Below are positions 44,950 through 58,600 of a DNA stretch of 64,000 nt, piece by piece. How positions within the stretch are numbered: the stretch's first letter is position 1; each line of letters opens with the position of its first letter. The position numbers and the translations under genes were made by a program. Source of the stretch: a virus. The notes under the pieces are model-generated. The model searched no databases. It was not told the origin of the DNA and saw only the letters and a program-made list of their open reading frames with translations. The stretch covers positions 1 to 64,000 of IMG/VR virus record IMGVR_UViG_3300047550_001767; one strand, given 5' to 3'.

Positions 44950-45879
44950 TTATCTAATAATTACTATGGCCTCTAATAGACCCTCGCCCTCAGAGTTTTT
45001 ATTCTCAAGGGCTCTACCAATAGTATTAAAGGCAGTAGCCTCTCCCTCGTCTGCTCCACGTGCTAATCCGTCTCCTGCACTTACTAAACGCTGCCCCTTA
45101 AGTACCTTTCCTGTAACCTTTACTTTAACACGGCCTGACATAGCAACAGCGGGATGTGTTTTATCTGTACCTGCTCTAGCATTCATTAGATAGCCAGCAG
45201 AGTTAGAAATTACGCCAAATACATCTTCGGACAAATCATATCTGACTTTTCTAATTTCTTTTTGCCCGCCCAATTCAACTACGGTTCCAGGGTCTAATTC
45301 TGTGTCAGCAGCAAAGCGTTCAGCCAAGTCAGCATAAGTTGAATTTAAACGTGAACCGCCTGTTAATGTCCAATTTCCTGTAATAGTTCCTGGATTGCCT
45401 GAACTGCCTGTTGATATAACAGCAGTGTTTAAATTTCCTATGTTTGCTGTAGTAATATTAGCATTTCCAGATACACTTATGTTTATACAGGCTATATTAG
45501 AAGTAGTAATAGAGTTTGTGATAGTGGCATTGTTAGCAGTAAGATTACCTGTAACCGTAACTGCACCGAAAGTTGTTGTACCCTCACTACTTGTGCTTGC
45601 TAATTCTGACCAATTTGCTGCAACTGTTTCCCCATCACTTGGACATACATATAATGTATTATTATTTGTGTTGTACCATAATTGACCTCTTAGAGGATTT
45701 GGGGGAGGGGTACTATCAGCAAAATTTTCAGTTAAATGTGTGAAGTTAGTATCTAAAATTTGACCATAACCAGCATAGTTACGACCGGGTAATCCCAATG
45801 AAGTACTATCTGTATTAACTTGGCCATCAGGAATTGTTGTTAAAACAGTTCCGTCACTTTTTAAAATCGTATATGCCAT
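44950..45879 (-). CDS. Tail fibre/appendage protein with a C-terminal autocleaving chaperone-like domain (Peptidase G2-like)
   Basis: N-terminal L.L.GRNYAGYG...L.ENFA...P.NPLRGQLWY; C-terminal YADLAERF...PGTVV...GVIS...VAMSGRVKVKV.G. Confidence 0.7.
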   Translation of the reverse strand: MAYTILKSDGTVLTTIPDGQVNTDSTSLGLPGRNYAGYGQILDTNFTHLTENFADSTPPPNPLRGQLWYNTNNNTLYVCPSDGETVAANWSELASTSSEGTTTFGAVTVTGNLTANNATITNSITTSNIACINISVSGNANITTANIGNLNTAVISTGSSGNPGTITGNWTLTGGSRLNSTYADLAERFAADTELDPGTVVELGGQKEIRKVRYDLSEDVFGVISNSAGYLMNARAGTDKTHPAVAMSGRVKVKVTGKVLKGQRLVSAGDGLARGADEGEATAFNTIGRALENKNSEGEGLLEAIVIIR

Positions 45880-45909
45880 AGAATCATAACTCCGCTAATT
45901 TATTTATCT

Positions 45910-46524
45910 TTAAAGTGTTATCTGATTTGTGAGGCTCTGTATTCTCACAGTATAATCTATCTGTATCTGACGGTTAAGTGACTTCTGTACGGGGTGGAAT
46001 ATAACATGCGTTAATAGTCTTGTAATTACATTTCCATCATTGTCAGTTCCGTAATTAGCAAGAAGTCCTAATTCATCAAAAATAAAACTTGAATCTGTTT
46101 CTGTACTGTTGTCAAATGCCATTTGACCCGGGGGTTCACCGTAATCTAGTAAACACTGCACTAAAATGTCTGTATACAATTTTCCACTAGTATGGTTTAC
46201 TGTCATTTTGTTACGTGTTGGATCAGTATTTGATACACTTGTATCATCTACAATTTTAGCATAAGTTTCATTATACAAAGCAGCGTTGGTGCCTGTAACG
46301 TTAGGAGGCAAGTATGTAATAATACCGGTCTCATCAACACTGGCGCCTCCATTACCAAAAGCCATTTGGTAGATTTCGCCAATACCACGGTTACTAAGCG
46401 TGTCTGCTAGGGCTTCGCTCATGTTTTCGTAATTGATAGCATTCTTTTTATCTACGAATACTTCTAATGTATTAGGATCGTAAATTTTTAAGAATCCATC
46501 AATTTTATATGATAATGTAATCAT
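45910..46524 (-). CDS. Virion structural protein (tail collar/baseplate-like)
   Basis: G.LKI.D, MAFGNGG, FDELGL, THVIFHPVQKS..R...IDYTVRI; lies among structural genes. Confidence 0.6.
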   Translation of the reverse strand: MITLSYKIDGFLKIYDPNTLEVFVDKKNAINYENMSEALADTLSNRGIGEIYQMAFGNGGASVDETGIITYLPPNVTGTNAALYNETYAKIVDDTSVSNTDPTRNKMTVNHTSGKLYTDILVQCLLDYGEPPGQMAFDNSTETDSSFIFDELGLLANYGTDNDGNVITRLLTHVIFHPVQKSLNRQIQIDYTVRIQSLTNQITL

Positions 46525-46688
46525 TAATCGTCAGCCCTCTTTTGTAACAACACTTCTTTAGTATTAGGATCAAAAATTTTTAAATGTGAAGATATATATA
46601 CCCCATTATTTTCATTGGGTTTTTTACTATTATCTGCGTCCTTTTTTTCTTCAGATTTAACTTCTTTTCCTATAAAATTATTTATCAT
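46524..46688 (-). CDS. 54-aa protein (absent from the ORF track)
   Basis: MINNFIGKEV...SSHLKIFDPNTKEVLLQKRADD*; abuts the upstream stop and overlaps the downstream start (TAATG). Confidence 0.7.
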   Translation of the reverse strand: MINNFIGKEVKSEEKKDADNSKKPNENNGVYISSHLKIFDPNTKEVLLQKRADD

Positions 46689-49600
46689 TTAGGTTACATC
46701 CATATTTAAGAAATCAGGGGCTATACCTGATGCTATTTGCAAAGGGTCGCCCTTAGTTGTATTATATACACCGGGAATTGGATTCCAAGTTTGATTATAG
46801 TAAGTATTACTCATTTTATTAGCAGTAAGTAATCCATATATCGTTGTATATTTAGGTATTATGCTATTTACAGGCGATCCTTGTGCTCCGCGCTGAACAT
46901 TTATAATATGGTTATTTAAGTCAACATTAATAATGTTCATATATTCGCCTTTTACATATAGTGTCTTGCCTTCTAGGATAATGATAGTCAATTCGTCGCC
47001 GGTCTCTATCCAACTTCCAGATTCAATACTGATGTAGGGTCCTATTCCAAAAACTTCTAATTTCAAGTAGTCTTGGTCAATATACCCTAGTCTTGCAGGA
47101 TTGTTATTGAAAACACGTACCTGTAATATATCAAAACGTTTTACCAACAAGCCAATACTATGATAACCTAATACAGCAGCAGGGGTAGTATTGTTTTGTG
47201 TTGTTGTGTCAACAAGTTTTGTTACATCATGTACAACTATATTAGTATCATACTCGCCCACAGTGTCGGCTAACCAAGTTCTAGTATCTGTATTTGCTCT
47301 GTAGACTTTACCTTGATTATCTTTATCAACTATATTAATATATGTTTGAGCGTTTGGAGTTGCGCTTGGCATCATGCTTGTAATTACAACTTCATCCGAA
47401 CTTGAAATTTCTGTTAATATACCAATTTGGTTACCTTCGTAAATCACTAAGTTATTTGAGTTGACACGTTTGCCGGCTACTGTTACCCACAATCTGTCAG
47501 TATTTGTTTGTTCCCATTGTGTAACACGGATATTAATTAATGCCTGACTTGATAGTGTTAATGCTGCTCCATCTAATGTTGCACTTATTGTAAACTCATT
47601 TGTAAATTCATTTATACCTTTAATATAATACTTTTGTCCTGCTATGACTTGTGGTACAGATGTTGGATCTCCCAATTCAATATTATCCTCAGTAAAGTAT
47701 ACTGGGGTACCTGCAACTAATCCATCTACCTCAGATACATTTAATGTCCATTGTTCTGTAAGTGCGTTATAACCTGATGAAGTTACATACATGTTTTCAA
47801 TTATGTAAGTGGTATCTATCCATACATAACCACCGCTTATATAAGTATCAATATATTGAATTGGCGCTGACGTATTGTAAGTTTGACCTGGGATATACTC
47901 GTATAATGCTATAGTTGTATTTGTTAATTTTTGAACTATAAATCTATCATTATTCAATTGAGTTGCCCCAACACATCCATCAATGCGTATTACATCATTG
48001 TTAACTAAATTATGATTTGTACTTGTAGTGACTACTACAGGGCTTGCAAGTGTATTAATGCTAGTAATGGCACTTGTTGTGTTATTTGTAAATGTATTTG
48101 TAAACAAATATTGTCTTTCAGTATCATTAAATGTTGTAACAGCAATATTATCTGTTATATTTGGTGATATTGAAACAAAAGTTATTTCTTGTCCAGCAAA
48201 GTTTATTCCGTATTGATCAGGGGTTAAACGTAATCCATTTATTTCTACAATAGCATTTTGTGGGTTATCTCCCCCAATAAAATTATCTAGTGTGTAGGGT
48301 CCCTGTGTTCCGTCACCATTAAATGTTTGAGTTTGTGGCAATGTATATCCATATTGCAACGGTTCTGTTTTGCCAAAAAATGAATAAGAAATATAATCAC
48401 CTGCAATATCGTAATCTTTTGCAAATACAATCTTAGCATTAATTTGATTATCTGCTAACATTGCTGCATAATCATTAGTAATAAAGATGGCTGTGCCTGA
48501 ACCGTTTGTCAAAACTACTACGTTGCCATATTGATCTTCAATTGTAAATTCAGTAGCACTTAAAATTTCATGTATATAATAAGTTTCTCCATGAGTTATA
48601 CCACCAAAAATAGTATTTGAGAAAACAATTGGTTGATCAACAATTAGTCCTGATGTTGAGAACGTTACTATACTATTATTTGAACTCTTAGTGCTAATGA
48701 CATAATTAGTTAAACCAGAATTTAGTTTGATGCCATTACAGAAAACTGCAGGTTCAGTATAGAATTGTCCTGAAGTTTTTTGTATTACTACAATCATAGA
48801 CCCTGTATCAGTGCTTAAGTCAAATGTTGGACCTGCTACACCCGAAATTAATGTGTCGCTAATAGTAATAGCTTTTCTGACTTCATTAATTGATTTGACA
48901 TAATAAGGTACATTTGCTACGACTCCGCCAAATACTGCTCCCACAAATGTAATTTCATCGTTAACTGTAAACTGAGAAATGTCTGTGCAAATTATATAGT
49001 CATTACCGCTGTCTGTTTCGGTCGCCTCAACGCTTATTGGATAAGAGTCAGGTTGAACAATACCGTTACCATTAAAATCAAGTCTTGTATAGTTGCAATC
49101 AAGTGCTATTTCACTAAACCCTGTAACTTCATTTAGTTCAATAGGATCTTCGTCAGTGCTTGATTTTACAAGTTGATCACCATTGCCAACTTGATATACG
49201 TCAATTCTTAATTGTTCTCCTGCTAAAAGAATATCATTCAGAGTTACAGTTTTATTTACCCAGTCTACTGTATAATCAAGTGTGTCGTATAGGCTTATGC
49301 CTACTCCATCTGTAACTTTAAATACGCTAATATATGCAGGGGTTTGTACAATATTCGCAAAAGTATACTCATTTTCTGTGTTTAGATCATAAATCGTTGA
49401 AACAACATCATAACCTACATGCGCATACTCTACAGCAGGCCAATTAGTACCTGCTCTAGTGTTTACTATTATTGTCACATTATCATCAACATTGCCTGGA
49501 ACCATTTCTTCTGGACCATAACCTGCTTGGAAAGGATCTCCTACTACAGTATATTTTGGTTGAGGGCCTGTAAATATTTGAGTATTATCCCAAGTAATTG

Positions 49601-52600
49601 TAGGTGCTGTTATATTTGTAGTTTGTAATACTGTGTTATTATTACCAACTATAGTCCATTCTCCCTTTTCAGAGACATATGAAATACCATTTAATGTTTC
49701 TGTAGTACCTGTAGTTTTTTGTACGAATGTGTTACCGTCTGTGCTGACTAATAATAGTCCATTCTCGCCTACAGCAACTAATGTATTATCAGCAAATAGT
49801 ATATCATTTAATCTACCTGAAGTAGGAGTATTGACTTGAATCCAATTTATTCCATCTGTAGATTTAGCAATTATATTAAAGTTGCCTACCACATAAATGT
49901 TATTAAAGCCGCTAGTTGCTGCGTACCAAGAGTACACTATACCAGAAGGTGTGGTGTTTTCCCAATTTAAACCATCTTCGCTAATTAAAATTAATCCTGC
50001 TGCGCCGTTTTTTCCAACTGTAATATATCCATCAAAGTCGGCACTGGTTACATATTGTACGTCAAAAAGTTCTTGAGTACTTGCTAGTACACCTCTTTCA
50101 AACCACAACGTACCATTAGCACTAGTGACAACTTTATTTCCTGCGGCTACATAAAGATTGTTATGATATACAACAGAATTTAATTCTAAACCGCTTGCTA
50201 TTAAACGAACCTTATCAAACTCAATACTGTTTGCAGGAGTACCTAATGGTACTATGTAACCATTAGTGTTCCAGTTAACCTGATCTGAACTAATAAGTAT
50301 TGGGGTAGGTTTATTTGTTGATGTTACAACATATAGATTCTGTACTTTTATAATGTCAGTAAAGTCTAAAGTTTGATTTGCAAGCACAGAAATTGCCCAG
50401 TCATCTGTAACTTCAAGGTCTGCAACCATACCTGAATATGCAGGGGTGTTTATAGGACCAATATAATTTGTACCGTTGAATACTACCTTAGGAATGTTTA
50501 TGTGTGTAATATCGAACGGTCTATCAACAAGTTGTGTATCTAACGCAAATTGTTGATCAGGTTCAAACTTATTTCCTTTATAAGTTGCATTTGGATAAGT
50601 CAAACCTGTAAATAATTGAGGCAAGTCTAATCCTGGCATATTCACAGTAGGTCTATACCATCCTACTGCTCTATCTAGTGCGTTTAACTTACGATTTCCA
50701 CTGTTTAATTCTTCCCATTTACCAAACATAAACTCACTGTCATTGTTTGATACTATACACATCCATACACGATTATTGTATTTGACGATGCTAGGATTAA
50801 AGTAGAAGGGTTCAGATAGTAAAGCAAAACTACCCGCTTTAGCAACTACAGGTCCTTCACCTGGCAAATATGAACCTGATACGGGAATGGTCACTGAAGA
50901 AATAGATATAACGCTACCTCCAGGATTATCACTTACACGTATTGTATTACCAGATTTATAAACAATATAATACTTTGATCCTTCTTCTATAGTGAATCCA
51001 CTGTCATTTAATTCTGTGAATACTATTGCGTCATTAATATCTAAATTCGTTGCGTCATACAAATTAATATCGTTTGTAGAAGATACAACGTTAGCGATTG
51101 TTGTTTGAGTAATACCCTCGTAAGGTAGTGTTAAGCCGCTTACCGGTATAGTTAATAGTGGATCACTATATAATTTAAATGTATTTTCTCCATCAACCTT
51201 AACAAAGTAATTAGAAGTTAAACCAATTGGCGTTCCACTTGCAATTACTTTTGTTATAATTCCATTTGATTCTTCAGGTAATGACCAACTATAAGTCCCT
51301 GATACTAATGCATTAATTCTTGAGACTGTCAATATTAAATCATTGTCTGGTGTGAGTCCACCTAACGCAGTGCCTGGAATAGTTATAGTATTATTTTGAG
51401 TAAATCCTAAACCGCCGTCATTTATTATTACATTATAACCACCTAGTACATAACCAACGTCAAATGTAGGACTTTGAATAATTTCTTGATTTAATTTAAC
51501 TGTGCTAATATCATCAGTAAGTACTACAGTTGCTTGACCGTTACCTGTTTGTGGGCTTGATGTGCAAGTAAAATCTATTTTAAAGGCTGTACCATCTAGA
51601 ACGCTGCTCATTGTTGATGAAACCTCAGCGTAAATGATGTCATTTTGTGCTACAGTTACATTAGTGCCGGCTACAACACTCCAAAATAGATTACTTGTAG
51701 TATTAGTGTCATTAATAATGTAGTAATTTCCTGCTACAACTGAAGCAGTTGTGCCAACACCGCCGCCATATAATACATATGTGGCACCCAAAGACTGCCA
51801 AGTTGCTTCGTCAGTCGTTCCTAAATTTTTAATTTCGTACTGGTCGCCGTCTATTAATGTGCCAACTGGTAAGTAAACTTTTGCTGAATTGCTACCTGTG
51901 CCCAACATATTACCGTTGCCGATAGTTGTGACTGTAGCCCCCTCCATTAAGACTTCACTTACTGTAAATGTAGTGCTGTTAATAATATATCTTACATAGT
52001 ATGTAAAGTTAGGTACTAGATTTCCAAACACTACTGCGCCCGAAAATTTAATTGGCATACCTTCATATATCATATCAGTAGTATAATCGTCTGCCAAAGT
52101 AAGTACACCTGATTGACTTTCAGCATCAGTGGTCGTTACAGGTACAAAGTAAATTTTGTTGACAGTATATGTACCTACTCCACCTGATCCAGTTCCATAA
52201 CTTACGATGTAAGTATTTTCTTCAACTCCTGTTCCTGTAATTAAACTGCCCGGATATAGTGTGGGTGTTCCGCCAGTAATACTGGTTACATTCATTTCAT
52301 CCCCAGTAAAAGTTGCTTCAAAACTTGTAGTTTCAGCAGTTGTAGTTTTAATATAAACTTGAATTTTACTTACATCATATGCGTAATATGTTTTACCTGT
52401 CTGTAAAGTAGAAATATTTGCATCTACAGTAAATGGGAAATTAGTATACATGCCCTTTATGCTTTCTACAGAAATTATATTAGTTGACGCAAGGGCTGCA
52501 TTAATGTTAGTTTGAATTAAATTACCGTATACCAAGTTGGCTCCAGTAATATTAGCAAAGTTTTGACTAGTTGGGTAGAAAGTTAATTGTTGTCCGTTTA

Positions 52601-55600
52601 CTTGTCCTGGACTTACAGGTAGAGATAAAGTTACTGTACCATTAAATGATGAATTGGTTAAAGTTTTTGCTGTAGTTTGACTTGTAATATAGCAATAATT
52701 ACCTGATGATTCTGTTACAACTCCAGTTGTAAATACAGGTCCGCCCTTTGTTTCACTTATTGTAATTTCATTAACACCTATAGTTAAAATATAATAAATT
52801 TTTTGCTTTTCTATATTTCCAAATGTATTACTTGATGAACCATTAATAGATATGCTATCAAACACAATAGGATCATCTATTGCCAAACCATTAGTGTTTT
52901 GTACAAACAGTTGGTTAGCAAGATTAGTAGATGTAACTATTACAGTAATAGGAGTGTCATTTTCACTTACACTAAATGATTCTGATCCTAACAATGATAA
53001 GACATAATAAACTCTTCCGTCCTCAAGGCCGCCGCCTAATGTACCACTAAATGTAACTGGTAATTTTTGATACATTCCAGTAGTACCAGCAGAACTTATT
53101 TCAGTAAGAGGTATGGTAACAGTATTGTTAGATGCACTAGTGCCTGTAATTTCTCTTATACCATTATATTCAGTAGTAATTATAGCCGTATCCGTTACTT
53201 TTGCTGTGTAGCAAGTTAGTGATACATTAGCATTTGGAGCTAATACTTTTGTTGGGCCTAATTCTGTTTCACTAATTTTGAATGAATTTAAATCATCTAT
53301 TTCACTTACATAATAAGTAACTCCTGCAGTAATATTTGTTCCTACATTTCCAGTAAACTTAACTGGCATACCTATTGTAAATCCTACAGTAGATCCTGAA
53401 GGGTATAAGTCATCAATTGATGAAGTATAAGATAACGTTATATTATTGTTTGCACCTATTGAATTTCCTGTACGTTCAAATGACGACCAATCTAATTGTC
53501 TGTCATTTGACACATTAAATATTGGGAATACAGTACCTTCAGCACTAGCCTGCAATATGTTAATATCAGGTTGTACGGAGGCTAAACTTAAACTAGTGCT
53601 TGATGAGTTTAAGTAATACCCTACAAATTCACTACCGTAAAATGTATTTGGAGTCCAATCTGTAATTTGACTAGTGTATGAAGTTCTGTCAAAACGTATA
53701 GTTATATTATTTTCTCTGACAGGACTTGATGAAGTTATTGGAATTGCTCTTGCTCCAATATCAAATTTTTGTGTGCCTGACCCCTGAGATAGTAATTTTA
53801 CACGATTTGTATCGTTGATACTATCACTATAACTATTATACAAAGCTAAAATAGTTGTTGGGTTAGAATCTAAAACATTGATGTAGTAATATTCTTTGTT
53901 TGACAACCCGCCAATGTTAATATTGCCTTCTATGTATCTTACCAAATCGCCAGTGGCTAATACAGGAGCATAAATTTCAATAGTGTTAGTTAAAATGTTT
54001 ACATTGCTGCTATTAAATTCAAAACTATCGCTAGGATCAATTACAATTTCTGGGGTAATGGCGTAGCCTTGTCCTGGATCTATAATATTAATACCAATAA
54101 CACTTCCTGCACTCATTTCTGCTTCTAGTACCGCTTCAACTTTTGGCGCAGGATATTGTCCTAAATCTATTTGCGCTAAAACTCTAGGAGGATTTGCGTA
54201 ATTTCTTCCGGTTTCTAGCAATACAACACCCGGTAAATTTATAAAAATTTGTGCTCCGGGTAAGTGATTTGTGACTACAGTTTGGTTTACGCCTCTTGTT
54301 AGTCCAGTTATATAACCACTTAAACGATCTACTGATGCATAACTTATATTTTCTTCGCCTATAGTAATAGTGCCGTTGGCTGGGAAACTCTCAATGTTGC
54401 TTACAAAAATTACTTCACTTATAGTAGTGACGTAAGTTTTAATTGTAGAGATAGGATAATTATCTTGTCCTGCTAGTGATAGTCCATAGTTATTATACCA
54501 TTCGCTATATTCCTGTTCTTGCCATACAGGGCTATCTGGCAAAAACTCATAATCATTATTAACTTGTTGATAGACTAATTGAGGGCTTACAAATTTATTT
54601 ATAGTGCTATCCCAAACAGCAGGCAAGTCAAAGTCTGTTAATGTTCCTGGATAGACGTTTGTTCCTGTATAATCAAATAAAAATTCTTTTACGACGACAT
54701 GGTAAGGTTTAGTTTCGTTTACATAACCTTCTAAAAACTGCTCATTGTCGCTAACAAAGTTTTCAAGTTCTTTTAACTCACGTACTTTATGAGATACATC
54801 TACTAAAGAAGTTTTATTTAACCAAGGCAAATAATTTTGATTTTCAACAGTTTCTTCCTGAATGTACTCAAATAATAAGATTAAACTTTTATTTCTAAAA
54901 ATTAACAATTCGTTTGTATAAATTTGTTCATTAAGGGCTCGCATTATCCAGCGTGTTTCTTCGCTTGGATATATATCATAACTGTCTGTGTCGTAGAATG
55001 TACCACCAAATCCGTAACCTGCAGCCTGATAGTCGAACAAATCACTATTAAACTGTATGGTTCCGTTTTCTACACCGATTCTTACCCATGATCCTATAAC
55101 GCCTGTATAAGGTTCCCAATAATTTACATCGGTAGGGAAAACATTAGGTGGAACATCTTTTAATGAGATATAATTGGTATAATTATATGTTACAACCTTT
55201 TTAGCCAAATACGAACTTCTTGATAGATAATTGCCTTGATAATTTTCAATACTGTCATAACGATAGGTTTCTGTAGAACCCTTGTTGTTCATAGCAACGT
55301 TAACTATAGTGCCGTTGGCTACGTTTAGGGTAGATAAATCGGCATAAATTTGTACCTGTAACACTGGTTTAGTGCTATCGTCATAGCCAGGAGCCCACCA
55401 GTTTACATACTTCCAATAATTAGTTGTATTATAATAAGTTCCTTCTTTATTCAAATAATTGAAAGTTCGCATTTCAGCGATAGGATAAATTTTCATTATA
55501 CTATTAGCATACTGCAAATAATTTTGCATTGCTTTAAATCTATTATAGAAGAAACTTTGTCTTGGACGTGCTAATATTCCTGATTGTACTGCTTTAGGTA

Positions 55601-58600
55601 AGAAAGGATTTGGTACAGTAGCACCGCCTTCATCTACGCCTGCCATACTATCAAGCAATCTATCATATAAACTTTCAGGTTGTGTTATGTTAAATGATCC
55701 CGGTACGCCTGGCAAAAAGTCATCTGCATAGTTTGTTCTAATTAAGTCATATTGTGAATGACCAGGATTATCTTGCTGCCCAGTTACATATCCAATATGT
55801 AACACGCTGTCATTAGCATTAATATATGGTTTACAATTATAAATTGCAAAAGTATCTTGTGCGAGTGGAGCAAAATAACTTATACCGCTAGATTGCGGAT
55901 TAGCAATATATCCTGCTATACTTACATCGGCTAAAGTTTTGTTACCAAATATTATTCCTGAGTTACGGACCCAAAAGAAATATACAGGAGTTACAGTATT
56001 ACTACTGTTAATTACAGTCTGAACTGTATATGCAGTTACATCTTTTGGTATGCCAGCACCTTGATATTGTAGTGGGGGGACGGAACTACCTATCCAAGTA
56101 TATACCGCTACATCACTTCCTGGGAATAATTGGCCCCAATATCTGCTATTATAAACATTATCATTTTGATGATAATTCAAATAACGTATGTTAGAAGTGT
56201 CAAACCAAATAGTGCCAACCTGCGCTGAACCCCATACTATGCCTCTAATATTAGCAACATTATTATAACTTGCAGGGTCAGTATTTCCAACAATATCGAG
56301 ATTTTGTCTTACTGCTCCTAAAATTTTACCTTGCAATGGATCTATATAATCTAAATTTATAAGTGTGTTATTTGTTTCTGCACTAAAGATTTGTATATTT
56401 TCAACTTTATTGATATCAACAATAGGATTACTTTGTCTATGTACCACCCAGTTGTTGGTACCAGTTACGTTTTTATAAATTATAACTTGACCATCAAACA
56501 ATGTTTGTGAGAAATAAGGAGAACCAACTATTATTTTGTTGTCGTGCCAGTCAATAGCAAAACCATATTTTGGTTGACTACCATAAACTAGACTTTGTGA
56601 GTTGACACTTTGAGCGAATGTATAAGCACCGATATTGGTTAATGATTCATGGAAGTTACCTAAATAATCAAATGTATATACCGCACCTGCATTATTAAAT
56701 GAATCTAAAAACTGTGTAGAGTTATTATCAAAAATAGTGTCGTTATTATAATTTGCATCATCAGTAAAATCAAATGTTGTTAATGCATAGCGTGTAGCGA
56801 CAGGTGCGCTAACAGCAACACTGTTGTGTTCATTAAATTTTACTGTAGTACCAAATTGGCTTGCTCCAGCCTGGTTTGGATTTTGTATAATTTGTGTTAA
56901 TTTATATACTTCTAGTCCTAATTCTGTAAATGTATCTGGGTCAGGGGCACTTAGCAATAACTCTTGATTTACATTTGCTATATCTTGATTGGCTAAACCT
57001 ATCATAAGTTTGCCGTCAACTGCGCTAGCAACTATATTAGTAATTTTGGCTGAATTGATTACAGCGGCTGCTTGATCTGCATCACCAGCAAGAATTTCAA
57101 CCAAATAACCGTTAATCAATAATTGTCTTGTTGTTGTAACGTCAACATCAGTATCGCCAACTATGTATCCAAAACGTGCGCTACCATAAGTATATCTGAA
57201 TACTCCGCCCTCAATATTTTGTGAATCTAAGTAGAACGGAGCACCAATTAAGATTTCAGTTCCAAATGTATTTGTGTCTAAACTATAACCAAATTTGACA
57301 CCCGTTCTAGGGGTTTGTTGATTAGTGAATGTTTGTATTAATACAAACTCATCGCCGCTTACTGTGATAATATCACCGTACTGGAATTCCCCTGAATATT
57401 CTAAAATTGATCCTACAAAACTATAATTGGAACTATCTACAACTATTCCGTTTTTAGTAACTGTTGTAAATGTAGAATTTGGTGTCCATGCTAAGTTGAA
57501 TGCTGCCGGCTCAAGTGAATTATATGCTTGATTAATTTCTATATTTTGAACCAGTCTATCATAAACATATGCATTACCGTAATTTTCTACAATGTCTGTA
57601 TCTACATGAGGAGCACCAACCACCAAAGTTGTTCCGTAATAATTTGTTGCTATGGATTGACCATACAAATCAGGTGAAGTTGACCCACTATTAATTGTTT
57701 TACAATACTGATAATCGCATTGTGTTGCAATTCCGTCACCAGAACCAACACCTTCAGCAATAAAGTATATTCCAACTTCATTTGATACTGCCCCGACAGT
57801 TGTAAAGTCTGTCGTTCCTATGCTTGTAATCTGGTATGTTGCACCTATTGTGAAACTACCTGCGCTAGTTAAAGTATTGTTTCTATGGTAAACATGAACT
57901 TTATTTCGAGCAGTAGGAGTTGCTTCATTGTAATCACTAATAAACAACCAATTCAAATCCCCAGATAGCGCAGTGGCACTACCAAAATTAGTTGATCCAG
58001 ATGTAGCAACATTACTTGCAGCAGTAATTGTTTGATAAGGTATTATATTATCGCTTACTGTAGTATTATTGACTGTGTACAAGAATACTGTAGGATTAGT
58101 TGTTGGTTGTGAAATGGCGTAAATATTTTGTTCGTGTGTTATTGAACTACCAAAACTTACATCATTTGTTAGTGTTTGATCTTCTTCATAAGTTTCAGTG
58201 AAACTATCATACTGATAGCGTATTACTTTACCCAATGGTGCATCACCAATCAAATAATCACTTAATTTGGTATAGGCAACGCTTGTTCCAAATTCTATAC
58301 TATTTGTTCTTGCAAACTCAACATCAAATTTGTAAGCAATATTTTTACGATAAACTGCCCAATCGCCATCAGTATTAGTATCTACCCAAACTGTGTTTTT
58401 AACAAATTGACTATTTTGTAATGGTAAATTTTGAATGTCGCTTGGTTGTGCAACTCTTTGTGTAGCAAACTTTAATCCTATTCCTTGTCCAGTTAGAATT
58501 GTGGTTGAATTAGGTAATGTTAGATTTATTAATACTTCTCTAGGATTTATAATTTGAGTAGCAACATAATAACCATTAACTGAACTATCAAAATTAATTA

